From: Phaeosaccion multiseriatum | Taxonomy: Eukaryota; Protista; Ochrophyta, other classes | DNA length: 64,000 nucleotides | NCBI GenBank assembly: GCA_965112735.1 | Contig: OZ218952.1 | Coordinates: forward strand, 3,534,001-3,598,000 | Direction of reading: 5' to 3' | Position numbers and translations under genes: made by a program | Notes under the pieces: generated by a model | Seen by the model: the letters and a program-made list of their open reading frames with translations, nothing else | What the model was told of the DNA's origin: nothing | Databases searched by the model: none | Shown here: piece after piece, positions 56,733-64,000 of the stretch | Layout of the letters: each line of letters starts with the position of its first letter | Numbering within the stretch: position 1 is the stretch's first letter

Positions 56733-59700
56733 TCACACGCCTACCGCAGCAGCCCCTCTCCCTCCTTGCTGGACCGCGACCGATCCCCCATTCGCTCCTC
56801 TCCCTCCCCTTCCCCTTCCTCTTCCGTCGCCTCCTCCTCCTCGTCCTCGGCCCCTTCCTCCTTCGCCGCTTCTTCCCCGCCCCCCGCCTCCTCTTCCTCC
56901 TCGTCCTCGTCCTCTTCCTCGTCCTCTTCCTCCCCGCCCCGCTCGGTTTCGCTGATCCTGCTGCACGACCTCAGCAGGCGGAGGAGGGATATCCAGGCCC
57001 GGAAACTCTCCAATCACCTCCGAAGGAAAGACTTTGAACTTCGTCGGCAGGCCTCTGTTGAAGGACGAGCAAAGGACGAGTCACGCAGGACAGCAACAGG
57101 AAGGAGATGTGTGTGAGAGAGAGAGGGAGGGTAGGCGGGGGAGGGGGGTTAAGAGAGGAGAGGAGAGGGGAGGGGAGGGTTGAGAGGATCGCACTTGAAT
57201 TGAATTGCGAAACCGCAAATCAATTGAACGGGTAGAATGTATTCACAACTTCACTTTGGGTAAGGTCATTTAAAAGTACGTACGAGCACAGACCTGTCCC
57301 ACTTGTCTCCATCTCCTCCGTTCCCAGGGGTAGACGCGTGTCTGAAGATGTGTTCGGCCAACGCAGCGCCGCTGTTGGCCGCCGCTTCGAGGGAAGCCCC
57401 CGTCAGCCAATCGCCAGCCACACCCACGGAAGCATTGCCCTTGATGAGACAAGACAGGACACAAGAGAGCAAGTCGGTTGGGGCATGAAGTGCGAACCTA
57501 CCTCTCTCCCCCTCCCCCTCTCCCTGTCCCTCTCTCCTCCCCTCCCCTCCCCTCCCCTCTCCTCCCCTCATAAAGTGCTCGTACCTGAAAGAGGAAGGGG
57601 GCGGCATCGCTCACGTCGGCAACGGTTACCGGATTGGCAGCGCCCCAAAGCTGCGCACGTGTGAAGGATGGGCTGAGGCTCGCCTGAGCCACACCGAGCA
57701 TCGCCTGGGGTTGGTGGGTGGGTGGGAGGGAGGGAGGGAGGGAGGGAGGGAGGGACGGGGGGAGGGTGGGTGGGAAGGGGGCAGGGAGGGAGGGAGAGGG
57801 AGGGAGAATGGGTGGGCGAGAGGGGGGGTGGGAGGGAGGGAGGAGGAGTGGGTGATTGGGAGGGGGGCAGGGAGGGAGAGACACATATCTCTATCCATGT
57901 ACTTATCTATCTATCCATCAGTCTATCGATCTGCCTCTCAGTGGACATGGCCGTGCAGTGCCATTCCTCACCTCAAAGGCCCCGACCATCTCCTTCACCA
58001 CCCTCGCTTCGTGTTGGGCCGGAACGTTCTCCTGAGGGGTAGAGAGGGGGCGGGGAACGATCCGCAAGTAGTATGATGGGGGAGTGAGTGAGTGAGTGGA
58101 CTGAGGGAGCGAGGGGTGAGTGCACTGAGGGAGCGAGGGGTGGAGTGAGTGATTGAGTGAGGGAGGGGCTACAGTCGGCGAGGGAGGGAGGGATGGAGGG
58201 AGTGGATGGGCCAGACAAGGAGTGGGCCACGCAGACACTTCATGATTGAGTGAGAGCGAGCATTGGTTTGGTTTTACTCACGTCTGCGCCTCTTGCTTTG
58301 TTTCCTCCGCCCAACCCACCCAACCACCCACCACATCCACCCACCCAACCACCCACCCAACCACCCAACCGCCCACCCAACCACCCACCCAACCACCCAC
58401 CCACCCAACCACCCACCCAACCACCCACGCAACCACCCACCCACCCAACCACCCACCCAACCACCCACCCAACCACCCACCCAACCACCCACCCAACCAC
58501 CCACCCAACCACCCACGCAACCACCCACCCACCCAACCACCCACCCAACCACCCACGCAACCACCCACCCAACCACCCATCCACCCACCCAACCACCCAC
58601 CCAACCACCCACCCAACCACCCACCTGGGGGCATTTGTTCTTCTGCCCGTAGGCCCTCGTACTGGTTAACACCCAGCTGCTGCTGCCATCGCTACCGTTA
58701 CATGTCTTGAGCTTTTGGGTGTTGTCGCATACCCAAGATAGCTCGGGGACGCCCCTTACAAACACGCCCTCCATCCCTTGGAGGCGTTTGGAGGCCTCCG
58801 GAGGAAAGGCTCCGGGGGGGAAGTGGACCATGACCACCCAGATGGAGCACAATTGCATATGGCGGGGATTGGGCGTGCTGTGCGGGAGGGAGGGTGGCGT
58901 ATAGGCAGAGTAGAGTAGAGTAGAGGCATATGGTCAGAGAAGAGGGAGAGAGGGAGCAAGAGGAGGAATGCCATCTGACAGTGAACCACGACATTCGATC
59001 GAAATCAGCACCCTCTTCCGGTCCGAACAAAACCTCCCCCTTCCCTCTGCAGCCCTGCCCCTAAGCAACACACACGCACAGCACACATGCACATGCACAT
59101 GCACACGCACACACACACACGCACGCGCGCGCACACACGCACCCACGTCAACTCCTCTCTTTTCCCTCACCTCGGCGCCGCCCCAAACTTGGTGGAGAGA
59201 GCTCGAGCGACGGCTTTGGAGCCCTTCACGGCCCCTGCTGACTCCATGAGGCGGGCAGCGCACTTGCCGTTGTGGGTGATGAGGAAGTAGTCGAACATGC
59301 CCAAGTTCTTTTGGTAGTGAGAGAGGTTCCACTTGCCCTCCGGGATCTTTTGGTTCGGATTAGGGGGGGAGAAAAAGGGGGTGGGGGAGGGAGAGGTAGA
59401 GAGAGATGAAGAGAGGGGGCAGCGTGAGGGTGGGAAAGTGTGCGTGTGAGACTGGCATGAGGAAGCCGCGGGGCGGAGTGAGTGGGTGGGCGAGAGCGAT
59501 TTGAGGGGAGGAGGGAGCAATCGCACCGTTTCAAGGCAGTTACCGAAAGAAAGAAACGGTATGGGAAGGGGGTGGAAGAATTGCTGTTTCAGAACTTGTG
59601 CTTCTCTCATTATCACTCTCAATCTCACCAGCTTGGCCTTGCTCACCCACACGTCTTGTTTAACGTCTAGGCCCTTGGCTAGCCACAGAGGAAGGGCCCT

Positions 59701-60674
59701 CATGCCCTCCCGTCCGATGTAGGCGGGGGGGAAGTTCGACGGCCGGCTGAACACGCCGCCGTCAGATTTTCCTGAGTGAGTTGATTGAGTTGAGTGGGTG
59801 ATTGAGCGAGTTGAGAGAGTGAGTCAGTGAAGACAATTGAGTACGCACCTTCTCGCCTCTCGTACATTCCGATGACCCCTTCACTGCTGCTGCTGCTGTC
59901 GCTGCCGGTCCTTCCCACCCACTGCTCTACCACCCCTTCGTCTTCCATAGCTCTCACCATCTCCCTCCTGCACGGCGGAAGGATGCAAAACGAAGCAGAG
60001 TGTGAGAAGGAGGGGGGGCAGCAGTGTCGGAAACTGCACAACCCTCCCTTCTTTCAGGTCTCCTCCTTCAAGCCTCCTCCAGCCCCTAGGGCAAGTTAAT
60101 CCCCCCTCCGACGTACCATGGCTCATGGCCGGACGCTCCGTGCTCTCCGTCGAGGGTGAAGAACTGTGCGCTGTGGTCAAAGCGGACCTGCCTCGTCTCC
60201 CCTCCTCCTGCTGCTGTGGGCACGCTGACGTCGCGGGAGGAGCAGCGCCCCCCAGGATACTTCTTTGCCGTGTCAAAGACAGTACACTCCATTCCTATGC
60301 ACACAGAGGGAGAGGGGGGGGGCAGGACGAGCATAATGAGAGATGGGGAAGATGAAGGAAGGGCGAGGACGGAGATGGGAAAAAATGGACTGCATTTTCG
60401 CCGCCTCACCTCTCTCCTTGAGAATCTTCCCACACACCAAACCCGAGATGCCTCCCCCCACAATGGCCACCTTCCCTTGCGACCGCGGCGGCTGCGGCTC
60501 GCTGCCGCTGCTTCTGCCCACGCCTCGACTCATGCTCCTCCTGCTCCCAACCACCCTTCTCATGCCCCTCACCGCGGCTCTTCCGCTGCTGCAGCTGAAG
60601 AGGAGGCCCCTCGCGGGAGCAAAGGCCAAACAGCTCAGACAGCTCCCACAGAGGAGGAGAAAGAGCCGCCACAT
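56733..60674 (-). CDS. Renalase-like FAD/NAD(P)-dependent oxidoreductase, plastid-targeted, with an RGG-rich tail (about 9 exons)
   Basis: Signal peptide followed by CLA-FAPA. Rossmann motif KVAIVGGGISGL, PGGRCSSR, FDHSAQFFT, YIGREGM, AQLWGAANP, VAGDWLTGASLEAAANSG. The last exon (57057-56733) joins in phase 2 and encodes VIGEFPG plus RGG repeats. Confidence 0.85.
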
Positions 60675-60908
60675 TTATTCCTACAGACACTACTTTTTTT
60701 TACTTTTGGAAGGATAATCTTGGAAGCGGGGAAGGAAGAAAAAATATAGGCAACAAAAAACAAACAAAATACACAAACGCACCGAACATCAACAAACGGA
60801 TCGGTGGGGGGGATGATATCGGGGGATAAGAAGACCGTCGTTTACTTTTAGTACTACTAGAAATAGTACGTGAAAACAAGAGTCTCCTCAAGCCTGTTGT
60901 TGTGTGTG

Positions 60909-61903
60909 TCATGTCATTGCTGCCTCCCCCCCTCTGCCCGACACCAAGCGCTCGCCCCCCTGGAGCCCTGTCCCCCCCTGTAGGCGCTGGAGGGCCTGCC
61001 CAGCCAAGTCGGCTAGGTCTTGGTGGCCCTCTGCGTGCAGTACGCGGGCAAACAGGTCCATCTGGACAAGTAGTAGCAGCAGCAACAACAGCAGCAACAG
61101 CAATTGGTGATCCAGCAGCAGCAGTAGCAGTAGCAGTAGTAGCAGTAGTAGCAGTAGCAGTAGCAGTAGCAGTAGCAGCACCGAGCCAAGCCAAGCCAAG
61201 CCGAAGCCAGAACCAAGACCATCAGCAGACCAGACCAGCAGGACAGGGAAATAGCAGCTGCATGCCAACAGCCGCAGTTGGTGGTACAGCAGCGGTAGTA
61301 CATGCCAACAACGGCAACAGGGGTCAAGAGGGGCTCATGAGAGCAGTCACAGCAAAGGGGACGAGGGGACGAGGGCACGGGGCGCTATTCCTCCCTTCCG
61401 TGGCCGGGCGCCATATCATTGGGCAAGCTCTAAAGCTCTGACAAGCTTTGGGTAACTCTGTTTCGGGAAGCGAGGAGATGGCCCGGCCAAGCACGCACCA
61501 CGTACGCACATGCACAAACGCCCGCACACTCACTCGCTCTCTTGGTCTGCATCTCTGTCTCTCTCTCCCCCTCTTCTCCTCTTGCTCTCTTCCTCTCTCC
61601 GTCTCCCTCTCCTTCTCCCCCCCCCCCTCTCAATCTCTCTCTCTCCCCCTCTTTCTCTCTCTCCGTCTCCCTCTCCCTCTTCCCCTCTCTCTTTTCTCTC
61701 CTCTTTTCTCTCTCCCCATCTATCCTTTTGGTCGTCTATGTATGACCTTCCCTCCCTCCCTCAACACACCCGCTCTTACTGACTTACTAACCTTGAGCAC
61801 GGCATGGGCCCCGTGAGCTCTCTCGATGGCCTTTATGCGATTGGCCAAGGCCTTGGTGGTCATGGACCGAACACGCATCACCGTGTGCTCCACAGTTGCC
61901 GTC

Positions 61904-61939
<36 letters not shown>

Positions 61940-62724
61940 CCCATCGAGGCAGGGACAGGGTTGAAGGGGTTGGATCGGTTAGGTTGATGGATTGCATGAA
62001 ACCCATACAATACAAACGAAAAAGGCAAAGGTGATTTGTGGAGAGGTGGGAAGAGGGCATTTGATGGTGTGGACGCTTGGAGGAAAGACATTGGCCGCCT
62101 GTCGAATCTTACGGCAAGTGTGACCACAACTCAAGGCGACACTGATGCTGATGCTGATGCTGCTTACGTTACTCTAGGGGCGACCGCCGTCGATCCATCT
62201 GCATTGACGGTAGTGACGGTGGAGGTTGTGTACATGGGAAGCGATACGAACATCTGAGACAGACGGGGCGGGGATGCAAAGGGTGGGGTGGGAGGGAGCT
62301 GAAGAAATTAGCCACAGCAAAAACCCATCTTTGTGATTGCAATGGGCCCTTATCCCCCTACTCTCACCTCCTCTTGCTCCTCGCGCCTCGGCCGGCCCCC
62401 CTCTTCATCTTGTTGTTCCTCCACCGCTTTCCGAAGCCGCCTACTGCATCTCCTTGGCTGCCTATTGCCGCCTCCCTCTCCATCCACCAACTCCGACCCC
62501 GTCTCTGGCCGGGCCCTGATTCTTTCCGCTCTTCTCCTCTTCGTCGCCGCAACCGCCCCTAACACAGCCGGCCGTCTGAGTAAGTCAAGTTCTTCCATCA
62601 TCCTCGCATTCCGCTCCATGTTTCTTTGCCGCAAGACCACGATTTCGGGCACATGGTCAACATTGTCAGTTGCTGCTCTTGGTGCTGTTGCTATGGAAGC
62701 CTCCGTAGTCTCCTCGGCTGCCAT
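60909..62724 (-). CDS. Hypothetical protein (about 4 exons)
   Basis: N-terminal LRQRNMERNARMMEELDL helix. Exons ~62724-62368, 62253-62168, ~61980-61792 and 61063-60909 join as ...ALANRIKAIERAHGAHAVLK|MDLFARVLHAEGHQDLADLAGQALQRL. Confidence 0.55.
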
Positions 62725-62935
62725 CTGAAGGGGCATGGATTGTACTAATTAATTAAAGATAATGAAAGAGTTTTCTGGCCATGGTCTCGCTGATGTGAAG
62801 GGAGTAAAGGTGAATCGGTGAAGGTGTGAAAGGATTTGAAAGTTTGTCTAAAAGTAATGTCTCAGGTGGTGAGCCAAACGACGTCGCCATTTGTCCCTGT
62901 GATCTGGTGATTATCGTTGATGTCTCCATCGCTCT

Positions 62936-63185
62936 TCGGCTCCAGCAGGCAGGGCTTCTCTGGGCCTGGCCCCCCGATAAGCAGAAGCCTGAAGCGGCCT
63001 GCGGCCGAAAGCAAGAAGCCCGGGGCTGGCCTGCGGCCAGTAGCCTGCATAATCTCCCCCCCCCCCCCCCTGAGCCCCCCTGAGAAGCCTAAAGCCCAGA
63101 CTGCTGGCCTGCGGCCAGAAGCCCGAAGCCTGGAGGGGGCTATGGCCCAGAAGCCCGGAGCCCGAGAAGCCCTGCCTGGAGCCGA
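62936..63185. mobile_element. 250-bp non-autonomous TIR element (MITE) with 6-bp TSD CGCTCT
   Basis: Left end TCGGCTCCAG(CAG)GCAGGGCTTCTC(T)GGGC versus reverse complement of the right end TCGGCTCCAGGCAGGGCTTCTCGGGC. CGCTCT occurs at 62930-62935 and 63186-63191. Internal GAAGCC/GGCCTGCGGCC sub-repeats. Confidence 0.75.
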
Positions 63186-63198
63186 CGCTCTTCCTTTT

Positions 63199-63346
63199 CT
63201 TCAACACCCTGCTTCTCCTGCAAATATACCAGCACCGCGGGCTTGAGAACGCTGACGCCGTCCTCACTGCCCTGGCCTCGGCCTATGATGACCTTGATCT
63301 CAGCCCCCGACTTCGCCTCTGAGAGCACGAAGCGCTGCCTCGCTCG
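63199..63346 (-). pseudogene. Relic of a third PPR-SMR paralogue (SMR domain only)
   Basis: High nucleotide similarity to ~27131-27283 of copy 1 (VLSEAKSGAEIKVIIGRGQGSEDGVSVLKPAVLVYLQEKQG). It has a 5-bp deletion and no DLH motif or PPR array. Confidence 0.85.
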
Positions 63347-63444
63347 AGTGACAGGGCCAGTTTGCGCTTCAGTTTCGTCCCTCTTCGAATGGGTCGACTG
63401 TTCTTTCGTCTCGCCTCTCAGCTCTGTGCGTACTCTGCTCTCTT

Positions 63445-64000
63445 TCATTCCGCCCACGCTGGCCGGCCTGCGTCTCTACTACCGAGCCCCCATCTTTGGC
63501 CGTTCATATGATTACCCACATGACTACTGGTACCACAGCTACCGCTGCTGCTGCTACCGAGCGAAGTGCAGACATAGGCGGACCACAGTAAGGGTAGCCG
63601 GGTGGATGCAAAGCACGCCAAGAAGGCCGTCGCCAAGAGCACCCCCAGGCCTCTCCCCACCATGGAGCTGATGGGAAGGCCGTTCAGGCCGCGGAGGTAG
63701 CTCTGCATGGAGAGCCATGCCAACGAGAGCGTCAGTACGGCGGCGTATAGTAAGCTCTCCTGCACCAGAGACGAAGCAAGACCCCCCGATCCTGACCCTG
63801 ACCCTGGCGCTTTCCCCCCCTCTCCTCCTGCTCCTCCTCCTCGTCTTCCTCGTCCTCCTCGTCCTCCTTCTCGTCCTGCGACCGCGTCGGCAAGCACGAG
63901 AAGCACACTGTCCTCCAGCCGCCCCTCCCTGGCCATTCGACTCGCCACCGCACACACAGCCTTGAGATAGGCTCCTCCTAACCCCAGTAGCGCCACAAAG
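63445..64000 (-). CDS. Probable 3' part of a multi-pass membrane protein continuing beyond the right edge
   Basis: Open frame with several hydrophobic helices (LLYAAVLTLSLAWL, GLGVLLATAFLACF). No family recognised. Confidence 0.4.
   Translation of the reverse strand, partial: FVALLGLGGAYLKAVCAVASRMAREGRLEDSVLLVLADAVAGREGGRGGRGRRGGGAGGEGGKAPGSGSGSGGLASSLVQESLLYAAVLTLSLAWLSMQSYLRGLNGLPISSMVGRGLGVLLATAFLACFASTRLPLLWSAYVCTSLGSSSSGSCGTSSHVGNHMNGQRWGLGSRDAGRPAWAE

Noticed and set aside
56174-57037. 287-aa + strand ORF
   Set aside because: It overlaps the antisense of the oxidoreductase last exon, is low complexity, and has no recognisable domain.

Overview
Eukaryotic nuclear DNA, most likely from a photosynthetic stramenopile (ochrophyte alga): several genes start with a signal peptide followed by Phe (ASA-FAP-type bipartite plastid targeting), GT-AG introns are packed with microsatellites, and genes are dense and often head-to-head. 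About 16 protein-coding genes can be supported: a TPR protein, pinin, a DUF4864-like protein, a TM-RING-H2 ligase (frameshifted at a G16 run), SPT5, a J-domain protein, an ankyrin-WW-coiled-coil protein with a degenerate C-terminal kinesin motor, a DUF1350 hydrolase, an mTERF protein, a renalase-like flavoprotein and a few unknowns. Main highlights: (1) a family of intronless PPR-SMR genes (two intact, one relic). They share N- and C-terminal caps but have different, nearly clonal 105-bp repeat arrays that vary at the RNA-recognition positions 5/35, and so are candidate naturally re-programmed RNA endonucleases. (2) A full-length but decayed Sola2-type DNA transposon (TIRs, AGGG TSD) sits just upstream of one PPR-SMR gene, and a 250-bp MITE with a 6-bp TSD sits next to the relic. 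(3) The 13-mer TATCACCAACTGC occurs exactly 7 times, on both strands, in different reading frames and in non-coding DNA. All gene models are read by eye, so exon boundaries are approximate.
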